Source of the DNA: Sedimentisphaerales bacterium
GTDB lineage: Bacteria > Planctomycetota > Phycisphaerae > Sedimentisphaerales > SM23-30
NCBI GenBank assembly: GCA_016933395.1
Contig: JAFGBA010000106.1
Location: 1 to 42,283 of the forward strand
Length of the DNA: 42,283 bases
Reading direction: 5' to 3'
The notes under the pieces are model-generated. The model made no database searches. It was not told the DNA's origin and worked only from the letters and a program-made list of their open reading frames with translations. The translations under genes and the position numbers were made by a program. Shown piece after piece: positions 9,073 through 18,479 of the stretch; within the stretch, counting starts at the first letter, position 1, and each line of letters opens with the position of its first letter.

Positions 9073-9741
9073 ATGCGACGATTTGCGGTGATTGGATTAG
9101 GGCGTTTTGGCGGGCAGTTGGCGCGGGCGCTGGCGCGCGGCGGCAGCGAGGTAATCGCCATTGACAAGGATCGCAAGCTGGTGGAGGCGATCAGTAATGA
9201 TGTGGCCGTGGCGGTGCGACTGGACAGCACCGACGAGGAGGCGCTGCGGGCACAAGGCGTTGATAAAGTCGATGTGGCGGTGGTGGGCATCGGCCAGGAT
9301 TTCGCCAACAACATTCTCACCACGGTGACGCTCAAGTCACTGGGCGTGAAGCGTATTTGTGCCCGGGCCGAGCAGCCTACGCATGGCAAGATTCTGCGCC
9401 GCATCGGTGCGGATGAAATAATTTATCCGGAAGAGGAAAGCGCGTTGCGCTGGGCCTTCAAGCTGGCCACGCCGCAGATAAGTGAGAAACTGGAATTCGC
9501 TCCCGGCTTCAGTCTGGCGCAATACTCCGCCCCGGCCGGTTTTCATGGCAAATCGCTGGCGGAGTTGAACCTGCGGAAAAAGTACCGCGTCAACCTCATC
9601 AGCCTGCGCCGGGCGGCGGAAGGCGAAAGCGGCGAAGGCGAGATTATTTCCGTGCCGCTGCCGGAAACGATTATCCACGCCGGCGATACGCTGTGGCTGG
9701 TGGGAGCGGATGATGATATGGCGAATCTGCCGGATAAATAG
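9073..9741 (+). CDS. trkA: Trk/Ktr system NAD-binding regulatory subunit (KtrA-like)
   Basis: It begins MRRFAVIGLGRFGGQLA (a Rossmann GxGxxG) and has TrkA-N plus TrkA-C architecture. I prefer the ATG at 9073 (GGAG 7 nt upstream) over the TTG at 9061. Confidence 0.9.
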   Translation: MRRFAVIGLGRFGGQLARALARGGSEVIAIDKDRKLVEAISNDVAVAVRLDSTDEEALRAQGVDKVDVAVVGIGQDFANNILTTVTLKSLGVKRICARAEQPTHGKILRRIGADEIIYPEEESALRWAFKLATPQISEKLEFAPGFSLAQYSAPAGFHGKSLAELNLRKKYRVNLISLRRAAEGESGEGEIISVPLPETIIHAGDTLWLVGADDDMANLPDK

Positions 9742-9881
9742 CGAAATAAATTTTATATGGTTTTATTCATAAAAACTCATATAATAAAATTACATGGATT
9801 GAATACATCTAACGTGGCTCTGGAACAATAATTATATGAAGTTATAAGAAGCGAGTCTAAACAAGAAATGCGGGATAAAAA

Positions 9882-10775
9882 ATGAACGGACCATGGGATG
9901 CCCCACAACCAATTCCATATCAAGGAAGTAAGCGAATACTTGCTCCAAGTATTTTACCCCATTTCCCTGAAGATATTTCACGTATCGTCGAACCATTTGC
10001 CGGATCCGCCGCTATTACTATTGCCGCCGCTTTACGAGGATTAACCAAAAGATTTTGGATCAATGACGCTCATGCGCCATTAATGGACCTTTTGAGAGAA
10101 ATAATTGAAAAACCGGACGCCATTTCCCGGACATACACCAGACTTTGGAATGCTCAGCTTGGGAACGAACGAGCGTATTTTGACCGGATAAGGACTCGTT
10201 TTAACCAAAATCATCGGCCGGGTGATTTTCTATATTTACTTGCTCGATGCGTTAAGGGCGCCATCCGCTACAATTCGAACGGGGAATTTAATAACACGCC
10301 TGACAATCGACGAAAAGGCGCACGTCCCGACGAGATGCGCCGTCGAATAGAACATGTTTCATATTTACTTCAAGGTCGAACGCTTATTACCACTCTGGAT
10401 TACAAAGAAGTACTCAAAAAATGCAAATTAGGTGATTTGATTTACATGGATCCTCCCTACCAGGGCGTCTGCGGCGATCGCGATCAAAGATATTTACCCA
10501 AAATAGACCATGATGAGTTTTGTACAGAACTCGAAAAATTGAATAAGCGTAATATTTGTTATATTATTTCTTATGATGGTCGGACTGGTGATAAAACCTA
10601 CGGGCAACCTCTTCCTGATTCTCTAAACCTGACTCATCTCGAATTAGAGGCGGGGCGCTCCACACAGGCGACATTACTTGGCCGATCAGATATAACCTAC
10701 GAATCGCTTTACCTTTCACCAAATCTCACGCCGGCGGAAGTAACAGAACGAGAAGTGCAACTATCTCTTTGGTAA
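9882..10775 (+). CDS. Dam-family (D12 class) N6-adenine DNA methyltransferase
   Basis: It carries the AdoMet motif EPFAGSAA and the catalytic motif IYMDPPYQG. The gene is low in GC. Confidence 0.85.
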   Translation: MNGPWDAPQPIPYQGSKRILAPSILPHFPEDISRIVEPFAGSAAITIAAALRGLTKRFWINDAHAPLMDLLREIIEKPDAISRTYTRLWNAQLGNERAYFDRIRTRFNQNHRPGDFLYLLARCVKGAIRYNSNGEFNNTPDNRRKGARPDEMRRRIEHVSYLLQGRTLITTLDYKEVLKKCKLGDLIYMDPPYQGVCGDRDQRYLPKIDHDEFCTELEKLNKRNICYIISYDGRTGDKTYGQPLPDSLNLTHLELEAGRSTQATLLGRSDITYESLYLSPNLTPAEVTEREVQLSLW

Positions 10776-10782
10776 TAAACGC

Positions 10783-11526
10783 ATGGCGAAGAAAAATAAA
10801 ATGACAAAAGCGGCGGGTTTGCCCAAAGCTTTTCTTCGAAAACTCACGTCGATTACCGCAAAAAGGCCCCGAATAGTTATTAATCACATCTTAAAGCATG
10901 GATTTATCACCACCGAAGAACTAAGTGAATTATATGGCTATGATCATGCCCCTCGCGCCGCGCGTGATGTGCGAGAACAGGGAATTCCCCTGGAAACTTA
11001 TCGTGTCGAAGGGAAAAATGGACGAAAAATCGCAGCCTATTGTTTTGGTGATCCGACAAAAGTACAGGGTGGTAAGTTTGGCGGCCGTAAAACTTGGTCT
11101 AAGGATTTGAAAAATGAGTTAATATCTTTGCATGGCGAAAGGTGCATTATTTGTTTTACTCCATATGAGCCGCGCTATCTTCAGATTGATCACCGCATTC
11201 CTTATGAAGTTGGAGGCGAACCCAAGGGTAAATCTTGCAAAGAGCATTATATGCTTTTGTGTGGTTCGTGCAATCGTGCGAAATCCTGGTCATGTGAACA
11301 CTGCATGAATTGGAAGGATGATCATTTAACTGAGGTATGTAGAACATGTTATTGGGCTAATCCAGAAAATTATAAACACATAGCCTTGAGGTTAATTCGC
11401 AGGCTTGATGTAACCTGGACGGAGGATGAGGTATCTGAATACGATAAACTCGCCGAACTTTCAAAACATGCTGAATTGGATTTACCGGATTTTGTTAAAC
11501 ATTGTCTGCGTCGAGTTTCAGATTGA
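10783..11526 (+). CDS. HNH endonuclease with N-terminal winged-helix-like domain (putative restriction enzyme)
   Basis: The HNH/Cys-rich core reads CIICFTPYEPRYLQIDHRIPYEVGG...LLCGSCNRAKSWSCEHC. The gene starts 7 nt after the methylase stop on the same strand and shares its low GC. Confidence 0.75.
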   Translation: MAKKNKMTKAAGLPKAFLRKLTSITAKRPRIVINHILKHGFITTEELSELYGYDHAPRAARDVREQGIPLETYRVEGKNGRKIAAYCFGDPTKVQGGKFGGRKTWSKDLKNELISLHGERCIICFTPYEPRYLQIDHRIPYEVGGEPKGKSCKEHYMLLCGSCNRAKSWSCEHCMNWKDDHLTEVCRTCYWANPENYKHIALRLIRRLDVTWTEDEVSEYDKLAELSKHAELDLPDFVKHCLRRVSD

Positions 11527-11551
11527 AATTGAAACCGTTATTTATTGCTGG

Positions 11552-11596
11552 AAAAAAACACCCCTCCGTTTATCACGAAAGGGTGTTTTTGTTTTT
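11552..11596. terminator. Bidirectional terminator-like hairpin between the HNH gene and the TrpB2 gene
   Basis: AAACACCC (11556-11563) pairs with GGGTGTTT (11581-11588). It is flanked by an A run upstream and by TTTTTGTTTTT downstream. The 17-nt loop is large, so confidence is moderate. Confidence 0.5.
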
Positions 11597-11620
11597 GGGT
11601 ATCTGATAGTTTGCTTCAAA

Positions 11621-13009
11621 TCACCACTTGCCGGTTTTGGCGGTGGAAGGTTTGGGCAGGCCGTTCATGACGCTCATGGATTTGGCCAGTTCCGCGTCGG
11701 GCAGGGGGTAATCGTGCAGCTTGCCTTCCAGGAAGGCGTGGTAACCGGTGAGGTCCATCAGGCCGTGGCCGCTCCAGTTCATGAGGATGACTTTTTCCTT
11801 GCCTTCTTCCTTGGCCTTTTTGGCTTCGCGAATCGTGGCGGCGATGGCGTGACTGGTCTCCGGGGCGGAGATGAAGCCTTCGGTGCGGGCCCAGAGCATG
11901 GCGGCTTCGTAGCATTCAATTTGTCCCAGAGCCAGAGGCGTCAATAAACCTTCGTTGACGGCCTGGCTAACCAGCGGGGCCATGCCGTGATAACGCAGGC
12001 CGCCGGCATGGATGGGCGGCGGTACGAACGCATGGCCCAACGAGTACATCGGCAGCAACGGGGTCATCTTGGCGGTATCGCCGTGGTCATAGCTGAAAGG
12101 AGCGCGAGTGAGCGTCGGGCACGACTGCGGCTCGACGGGGATAATGGTGATATTCGCACCGGCAATTTTATCGGCAACGAAGGGGAACGCCAGGCCGGCG
12201 AAGTTACTACCGCCGCCGGCACAGCCGATGACGACATCGGGGAGGTTTTCGCCCGCTTTTTTGAGTTGCTTTTTCGCCTCCAGGCCGATGATGGTTTGGT
12301 GCAGCATGACATGATTAAGTACGCTGCCCAGGGAGTAGCGGGTTTGACCCGTAGGATCGGTCACGGCCGCTTCGATGGCTTCGCTAATGGCAATACCCAG
12401 ACTGCCGGGGGTGTCGGGCATTTTTTCCAAAATCGCCCGGCCGGCGTTGGTTTCGGGGCTGGGGCTGGGGATACAATTTCCACCCCAGGTTTCCATCATA
12501 AGCCGACGGAAGGGTTTCTGGTCGAAGCTGATGCGGACCATGAACACCTTGCATTCCAGGCCCAACAGGGCGCAGGCAAAGCTCAGAGCGCTGCCCCATT
12601 GGCCGGCGCCGGTTTCGGTGGTGAGCCGTTTGATGCCGAATTTTTTATTGTACCAGGCCTGAGGAACGGCAGTATTGGGTTTATGGCTGCCGGGAGGGCT
12701 GACGCCTTCATTTTTGTAGTAAATGCGGGCGGGGGTTCCCAGAGCCTCTTCGAGGGCTTTGGCCCGATAGAGGGGGCTGGGACGCCAGCGGTAAAGGATA
12801 TCCAGAATTTCTTCAGGTATATCGACCCAGCGGTCTTGGCAAACTTCCTGTTCGATGAGGTTCATGGGGAAAACCGGGGCCAGCATGTCAGGCGTGACCG
12901 GTTTTCCGTTCGGGCCCAGCGGCGGCTGGAGCGGCGTGGGCAGGTCGGCCGCCAGATTGTACCACTGACGGGGGATATCTTTTTCGTCGAGAAAAAATTT
13001 AATGCTCAT
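11621..13009 (-). CDS. TrpB2-type tryptophan synthase beta-like PLP-dependent enzyme
   Basis: 462 aa. The N-terminus [19 protein letters not shown] and the PLP-lysine region [10 protein letters not shown] are typical of the long TrpB2 family. No other trp genes lie nearby. Confidence 0.85.
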   Translation of the reverse strand: MSIKFFLDEKDIPRQWYNLAADLPTPLQPPLGPNGKPVTPDMLAPVFPMNLIEQEVCQDRWVDIPEEILDILYRWRPSPLYRAKALEEALGTPARIYYKNEGVSPPGSHKPNTAVPQAWYNKKFGIKRLTTETGAGQWGSALSFACALLGLECKVFMVRISFDQKPFRRLMMETWGGNCIPSPSPETNAGRAILEKMPDTPGSLGIAISEAIEAAVTDPTGQTRYSLGSVLNHVMLHQTIIGLEAKKQLKKAGENLPDVVIGCAGGGSNFAGLAFPFVADKIAGANITIIPVEPQSCPTLTRAPFSYDHGDTAKMTPLLPMYSLGHAFVPPPIHAGGLRYHGMAPLVSQAVNEGLLTPLALGQIECYEAAMLWARTEGFISAPETSHAIAATIREAKKAKEEGKEKVILMNWSGHGLMDLTGYHAFLEGKLHDYPLPDAELAKSMSVMNGLPKPSTAKTGKW

Positions 13010-13209
13010 AAGTACTCCTTTTCCAAATGCTTACGTTAAATTATCTTTCTTGTGACATAAATTCCACGGGTTATTCAACGATATATCACGAAACCAGCGA
13101 CCATATATCTGGTTTTATATGAATTTGAGTCTTGAACACTCGTTCAAGAAACCAGGAAACTACACGTTTTCCCTCTCAATCGTCCAGAAAAAAACATATC
13201 GGGTTATCG

Positions 13210-15114
13210 TCAGATAGTATTCTGTAAAGGCTCGATGTGCACCTTTATTTGCGCCGTTGTTATCGGTTCATCCAGCTTTATGCAAATACGCGTAGGCAAG
13301 GTGCGGGTGCGAAAATCCTCTTCGATTTTCTCCTGCTTGAGTGTGAATGCTTGTTCCCCGACCTCGATGGTTATCTTCACTGATTTGTTATTCGCGGTAA
13401 TGACAAGGGTGTTATTATCAAGCGTTTTAATCTCAGCGAAAGTAACCAAGGCCGTAGCGAAGGATTGCGGCTCGAGGAAACGTACATCGTCCGTGACGGT
13501 TAATGAGCCGGAATCTGCTCGGGAATAAGAAAAGGTGCGGATGAGTCGTTCCAGGGGTTTAACATCATAAGCGGAGGTTATATCCATTTTCAGGGTATCG
13601 ATGTTTTCCTCGAAGTTCGCCCCCAACACCTGAGCATGAGCCTGGCCGCCGGTTCGTTGAAGTTCACCGGCAACGACGGGGACGGGATGGCCGTAGGAAT
13701 TCAAGGCGTTACTTTTGTAGCGGTCGCGGCTGAATGTTCGGCGGGTGTAAATCTCTGATCCCGGATCGGCCAATAGCAACACGCCATCCAACGCAACAAC
13801 GTAAGATCCCACGTCGTTGTGATTATGCATTTCACCGTTATGTCCGCCTTTTATCGCCGCCGCCAAACCATACCGGGCGGTTTCGCCCGGACGACATATA
13901 AGAACCTGCCCTTGGTCAAACCAGGTGCGTATCGGCAACTTCGCCGGGACGTCATTTACGGCGGCCTGTGTTGCGGAATTGGGAAATGAAAACAGAATCG
14001 CCTCCGGAAGCGCGCCGCCGGATGAGGTCATGTCGGTGTGTGCCGGACCGATGGGTAAAGCCAACCGTTGGCGTACATAGAATAACATCCATGTCTCCGG
14101 TTGAGCGTCGATGGAGCAATCAGCAAAGGCCGGACTGAGTCCTTCCGTCATTTGAATGGTCCAGCCGAATTGGGCGGCTTGTCGTACGTGGGGTAATTGG
14201 AGAAAATCGAGTTTGCCGTTGGTCGCTTGATAGATGGTTTCGGTCAGGGCGAGAAATCTGCCGAAACCGTAATTCCAATACCCCAATCCTTCCGAACAAT
14301 AGCCGTCATCGCCGAAACCATTTAGGAAACGTTGGATGTGTTTTTCCGCTCCGGCGACAAAAAGCGCTCGGTCCTGGCGGCTTTCCAGCAGGGCCAGGGC
14401 GCCGCCGGTTGTCTGGGCCTGGCAGACGGCGTTCCAGTTGCTTGAAGTGCTTTTAAGCCAGTTGGCGGCCGGGCGTTTACCTTCATACATTTCCTGCACG
14501 GGATCCAAAACGCGCTGACGTACATTGGCAATCAACAACGTGCGGGTTTCCGGGGATAGTTTATCTCCCAACAGCCAATTTATGGTGGCCAGATTCCAGG
14601 CGATGCCGCTGCTGCGGAGTTCGACGATGTGCGTTTTACCGTTGAAGTTTTCCAGGGCGCCGTCATGGGCCGGCAACGCCCAGGATTTAAGCGAACACCG
14701 ATAACGAATGGCTGCCTCGATGTCGGGCAGAAAACGCCCCTGGTTTTCCAGACATTCCGCCAACGTGGCAGAGTGCAGGCGTTTGCGCAGGGCGGCCTCC
14801 ACGTTCTGATAATGGGTTCGGTTGCCGTTGCGGGAATATTCCAGATATAACTCGTCCGTTAATTGAGGCATGGGTCTGGCGATAAGTTTTTCCGCTTCCG
14901 CCACGACGTTTTTAAACGCCGGATGTTGTACTAACCGCTCCCAGGTCTGGCGGTCGCCAATAGGCTTTCCCACGCCCCGGGGTTTTTCCGGCAGCCAGGC
15001 GGCGATTTGCTCCATGCGTTTGGCGTCGGGCATAAGTTCCGCCTGCACCAGAGAGGAGACCCACGATAAACAAATTATTCCGAGGGAAAACAGAGGAAGG
15101 AAATACGGTTTCAT
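13210..15114 (-). CDS. Heparinase II/III-family polysaccharide lyase-like protein, secreted
   Basis: It carries the HNHNDVGSYVVALDG..LLADPG motif of the heparinase II/III C-terminal domain. I prefer the ATG at 15114 (MKPYFLPLFSLGIICLS, signal peptide; GGAGA 8 nt upstream). Confidence 0.75.
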   Translation of the reverse strand: MKPYFLPLFSLGIICLSWVSSLVQAELMPDAKRMEQIAAWLPEKPRGVGKPIGDRQTWERLVQHPAFKNVVAEAEKLIARPMPQLTDELYLEYSRNGNRTHYQNVEAALRKRLHSATLAECLENQGRFLPDIEAAIRYRCSLKSWALPAHDGALENFNGKTHIVELRSSGIAWNLATINWLLGDKLSPETRTLLIANVRQRVLDPVQEMYEGKRPAANWLKSTSSNWNAVCQAQTTGGALALLESRQDRALFVAGAEKHIQRFLNGFGDDGYCSEGLGYWNYGFGRFLALTETIYQATNGKLDFLQLPHVRQAAQFGWTIQMTEGLSPAFADCSIDAQPETWMLFYVRQRLALPIGPAHTDMTSSGGALPEAILFSFPNSATQAAVNDVPAKLPIRTWFDQGQVLICRPGETARYGLAAAIKGGHNGEMHNHNDVGSYVVALDGVLLLADPGSEIYTRRTFSRDRYKSNALNSYGHPVPVVAGELQRTGGQAHAQVLGANFEENIDTLKMDITSAYDVKPLERLIRTFSYSRADSGSLTVTDDVRFLEPQSFATALVTFAEIKTLDNNTLVITANNKSVKITIEVGEQAFTLKQEKIEEDFRTRTLPTRICIKLDEPITTAQIKVHIEPLQNTI

Positions 15115-15197
15115 GAAAGATATCTCCGTTGTCAACATGGAACGGGTTGTATCAAACGGTATGACAGATTAGGAAATCTGCTGTTTCCGCACAAGGC

Positions 15198-15239
15198 AAA
15201 AAAAAGGGTTTTGCCGTTTTGAGAGATTCGGCAAAACCC
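15198..15239 (-). terminator. Rho-independent terminator downstream of the 92-aa gene
   Basis: An 11-bp stem GGGTTTTGCCG (15206-15216) / CGGCAAAACCC (15229-15239) is preceded on the plus strand by A8, which reads as U8 after the stem on the minus strand. Confidence 0.8.
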
Positions 15240-15270
15240 GTTCTCGTTCCAGGCGAGTACGGTTAGCACT

Positions 15271-15405
15271 CTAACCTGGGAGGGGAAGAGAGAGCTCGTT
15301 CAATTTTCGTTCTATCTTAACAGTCCTGCGGACCGGTTATTTTCAAGGGCCCAGGCCCGACGGTTCGGGGGGGAACTGCCTAAGCCTGGGAGGGAGAGAG
15401 AGAGC
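15271..15405. repeat. Two direct copies of a purine-rich (plus strand) / CU-rich (minus strand) 25-26-mer
   Basis: Copy 1 is CTAACCTGGGAGGGGAAGAGAGAGC (15271-15295). Copy 2 is CTAAGCCTGGGAGGGAGAGAGAGAGC (15380-15405). Both lie between the stop of the 92-aa gene (15410) and its terminator. Confidence 0.7.
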
Positions 15406-15409
15406 AAAC

Positions 15410-15688
15410 TTATTCTCTCGCCCTTTTAATCGTTTCCGAAACATCGTCGAGCGATGCTCGCGGCGATTCTATGCGATCCACGGGCACCACCAGGGGAGCG
15501 CTAATCCCTGGGACATCAACGACAGCGAAAAAGTTACGTTTCTCTCCCATGTCGCTGAGCAACACGATTCGGCCGCTTAATCGCAGCCGTTCGGTCAGGT
15601 GCGCCCGTAAATCCTGACGATCGGGACACATCACATCCGCCAAACAAAAGCGAACCTGTGCGCCCGGTTGTAACGGGTCACCATACAT
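15410..15688 (-). CDS. Hypothetical protein, about 92 aa
   Basis: It is an open frame with AAGGAAG 6 nt upstream of the ATG at 15688; the ORF track starts at a GTG at 15724. I recognise no motif. The coding call rests on the SD, the ORF and a dedicated terminator. Confidence 0.5.
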   Translation of the reverse strand: MYGDPLQPGAQVRFCLADVMCPDRQDLRAHLTERLRLSGRIVLLSDMGEKRNFFAVVDVPGISAPLVVPVDRIESPRASLDDVSETIKRARE

Positions 15689-15831
15689 TTTTTCTTCCTT
15701 TGGCCAAGAGCCGAGTCTCTCCACTCTCGCATAAAGATTATTAGCAATCGACGTGCCAAAGGTTGGTTACACTTCAGCTACCCCCCAAAAGTTTGTTAAA
15801 GGCATTATTAACAGATAATTACAATTAGAAT

Positions 15832-15856
15832 AAAAAACGCCGTCTTGCCGGGCGTT
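15832..15856 (-). terminator. Orphan terminator-like hairpin in a 500-bp gene-free region
   Basis: AACGCC (15836-15841) pairs with GGCGTT (15851-15856), and A6 precedes the stem on the plus strand (U6 after it on the minus strand). No credible minus-strand gene lies upstream of it. Confidence 0.35.
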
Positions 15857-16228
15857 GGAGGTGGTTTGTGCGTGGTGGGAAATGTATTTCACATCTTTTA
15901 CAACCGTTTATACAATCATTCCCTGATTTCGGCCCAGGCTCGCTGCAATAGGTGAAAAATGTCTCTTAAAAAGGCGGGGAATATTAATTTACACCGTTGG
16001 AAATGATTTTCTCATAAATCGATCCGGATGGATTAAAACGGTCGATCATGGTTGATTCATGTAAATTTATCCTTGCGAATAAGCCGAATGGTGGACACAA
16101 TGGCGAATATTCTCGGGTAATGTCTCATAGGAAATGTCAGGTGGAACAACCAAATATTTATTTGGAAACGTCGCGGTGCAGGTGAACCTGGGACATATAA
16201 AAAACGAACACCGAAACGGAGGTGCGCC

Positions 16229-18193
16229 ATGAAACACGGCCAACCATTATTTCGATTTGGATTGACTCTCGGAGTTCTTCTTGCAATCGTGTCGGCAACA
16301 CAGGCCCAGGAGCTTCGCACCTGGACCAACGCAAATGGAACTTATACGTTAGAAGCGAAATTCGTCTCGGAGGCCGACGGAAAGGTAATTCTGACCAAAG
16401 AAGACGGTGGAAAAGTGACGATTGCGCTGGAGCAATTGAGTCAGGCCGATCAGGAGTACATTGCCGGTTTGCAATCGGCCAATCCGTTCAAACCGATGGA
16501 GGACAATCCGTTCGAGCCGTTGGATGAGCAGCCGTCCAAGGCGGTCGAATCCGAACCCGACGTTAAACCATCGGCACGACAACCGCGTATTGTCACGGTT
16601 CAATGGGGCAGGTCCAGAGGAGTGCCGCTGATAAGCGGTGATCGGGACTGGTCCGTCACGGTCCCGACCATTGAACCGGCCAAGATGCACACCCTTCCCG
16701 TGATGCTTCCGCCCGAGACGGACTTTTTTGAAAAGTTCTCGGGGATGGCGATTAATATCTCGGCCGGGAAAGCGGTCGTCGGCTACACACTGGAGGGGAC
16801 GCACAGGTCGTCGCCTCGGCCCAGGGGGGCCGGCTTGGGGGCTTCGAACCGGCGGGATGAAGCTTCGATCACGCGCCTGGTGATGTGCGATCTTGATAAA
16901 GGCCGCCACGGCGCTTCGATAACCGAGGTGGGCGAAATGGCGCCGCTGGCCCTGCACAACGACGGTCAACGGGTGCTGTTGCGCCAGGATGGATTCGGAA
17001 CCGGAAATTCGCAACGCCTGGAAATCTGGTCGGTGGAGAAAAATCGGGTTGATCGCCTGCTGATTTGGCATCCTTACGAACATCTTGGTCGGATGGATTG
17101 CGATGTCGCCTGGGCGGAGTTTATTGACGGCGACACGCTGGCGACCTGTAGCGAAGGCGGATTAATCGCGTTTTGGAATTGCGCCACGGCGCAACCGATC
17201 TGCCATTTGCAGTTGTCTCGCGGCGCGGTCCCGGCGTTGAGCGCCGACCACCAGATGATGGCGTTTTGCAGCGACGATTGCATGGGTGTGTTCGACGTCG
17301 CCAGGAAAAGAGTCATCGCGCTGCAGGAAACGCCGAGCCGGCTATCCAGTCCCGAGGTGTCGTTCAGTCCGTCGGGCAAGCGGATCGCCTGCATTGCGCG
17401 CGACCGCATTCTGGTTTGGGACACTGCCTCGGGGCGTCTGGAAAAGGATTTTACCATATCCGGACTTGCAATGCTTGGTGCAATCGACTATCCGGATGAG
17501 GATTATATTTTATTGGGCCATAAGTACCTGGTCGCCCTGGATAGTCAAATCAAGTTATGGGAGTACCAGGGCGTGAATTATGCGCGTACGGCCGGCGGAG
17601 TGACATTTCTGGGCGCGTCCGAAGACCACCGTAATTCGCCGGATATCCTGATGACCGTCCGGCTGCCGCACCAGGAAGCCCTGACGTTGCTCAAGCAAGC
17701 CCTGGAACAACCGGACCTTTTTGTGTTTCATAAGGGATCAACGGTGCGATTGGACGTCAACGGCGTGCCCCAAAGCCACCGCGCCAAGGTCGCCGAGGCG
17801 TTAACGAAAAAACTACAGGAGATGAACTGCAAGGTGTCCTCGAACGGCGCGATCGATTTGGTCGCTTCCGTGGAAGGCCCCAAATCGGAGCGCATTGAAT
17901 ACCACCACGCAGGCGAATACCAGGTGAATCGCTACACCACCTTGTTGAAGTTCGTTTACCAGGGGCAGGTGGCGTGGCAGACAAGCGGAACCAACATCCC
18001 CGGGATTGTTTCCGTCGGGGAAGGTGAAAATATCGGGGACATTCTCCGACGGGCGAGCCAGCAGCCGGATTATACATTTTATGAACATGTCAGGTTGCCG
18101 GAATTCCTGCAAAAACCGACCGACAATAAATCCGGCCGATCCTCAGGGATGACGCTGGGCGCATCAAAACCGCCCATGCGGGGACGACGCTAA
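16229..18193 (+). CDS. Secreted SHD1-domain protein with beta-propeller-like C-terminal region
   Basis: A signal peptide (LLAIVSATQAQE) is followed by WTNANGTYTLEAKFVSEADGKVILTKEDGGKVTIALEQLSQADQEYI, the SLA1-homology SHD1 pattern. WD-like repeats (LIAFWN, ILVWDTASG, IKLWEY) follow. GGAGG lies 6 nt upstream of the ATG. Confidence 0.8.
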   Translation: MKHGQPLFRFGLTLGVLLAIVSATQAQELRTWTNANGTYTLEAKFVSEADGKVILTKEDGGKVTIALEQLSQADQEYIAGLQSANPFKPMEDNPFEPLDEQPSKAVESEPDVKPSARQPRIVTVQWGRSRGVPLISGDRDWSVTVPTIEPAKMHTLPVMLPPETDFFEKFSGMAINISAGKAVVGYTLEGTHRSSPRPRGAGLGASNRRDEASITRLVMCDLDKGRHGASITEVGEMAPLALHNDGQRVLLRQDGFGTGNSQRLEIWSVEKNRVDRLLIWHPYEHLGRMDCDVAWAEFIDGDTLATCSEGGLIAFWNCATAQPICHLQLSRGAVPALSADHQMMAFCSDDCMGVFDVARKRVIALQETPSRLSSPEVSFSPSGKRIACIARDRILVWDTASGRLEKDFTISGLAMLGAIDYPDEDYILLGHKYLVALDSQIKLWEYQGVNYARTAGGVTFLGASEDHRNSPDILMTVRLPHQEALTLLKQALEQPDLFVFHKGSTVRLDVNGVPQSHRAKVAEALTKKLQEMNCKVSSNGAIDLVASVEGPKSERIEYHHAGEYQVNRYTTLLKFVYQGQVAWQTSGTNIPGIVSVGEGENIGDILRRASQQPDYTFYEHVRLPEFLQKPTDNKSGRSSGMTLGASKPPMRGRR

Positions 18194-18246
18194 AAAAGAG
18201 AAAGAAAAAGGGTCCCGACATGTTCTGTAGAACAGGTTCGTTGGTT

Positions 18247-18358
18247 GTCATTCTAAGGAAGTCGTAGATGACCGAAGAATCTCAATTTTATCACCGAAAG
18301 AGAAATTCTTCCCCTTCAACTACGCTCAGGGCTGAAGGCTAATGCGCTCAGAATGACA
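18247..18358. repeat. Imperfect palindromic intergenic element, GTCATTCT..AGAATGAC type, copy 2
   Basis: It has terminal 8-mers GTCATTCT (18247-18254) and AGAATGAC (18351-18358) and inner arms CGAAGAATCTC / GAGAAATTCTTC. GCGCTCAGAATGAC is shared exactly with 134-147. It lies between the convergent stops at 18193 and 18480. Confidence 0.6.
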
Positions 18359-18479
18359 ATCGCAGGTTTTCGACAGAGCCGTCCCGAAACCTTTTCTTGT
18401 CTCGCGGCGCCACTGTGCTTTGGGCAAGACGCCCTAAAGAAAGACCCGACAACCTTCTGATATCTTTAATTTACCTATC

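Noticed and set aside
15271-15405. A possible mini-CRISPR array or tandem regulatory array formed by the two purine-rich direct repeats.
   Set aside because: There are only two imperfect copies, of 25 and 26 nt. They have no palindromic repeat structure, there are no cas genes, and the spacer length (about 84 nt) is atypical. They are kept as a repeat/sRNA hypothesis instead.
16057-16329. A 90-aa ORF on the minus strand overlapping the start of the SHD1-domain gene.
   Set aside because: It overlaps a gene with a strong SD and signal peptide, its sequence looks like junk, and it has no SD of its own.
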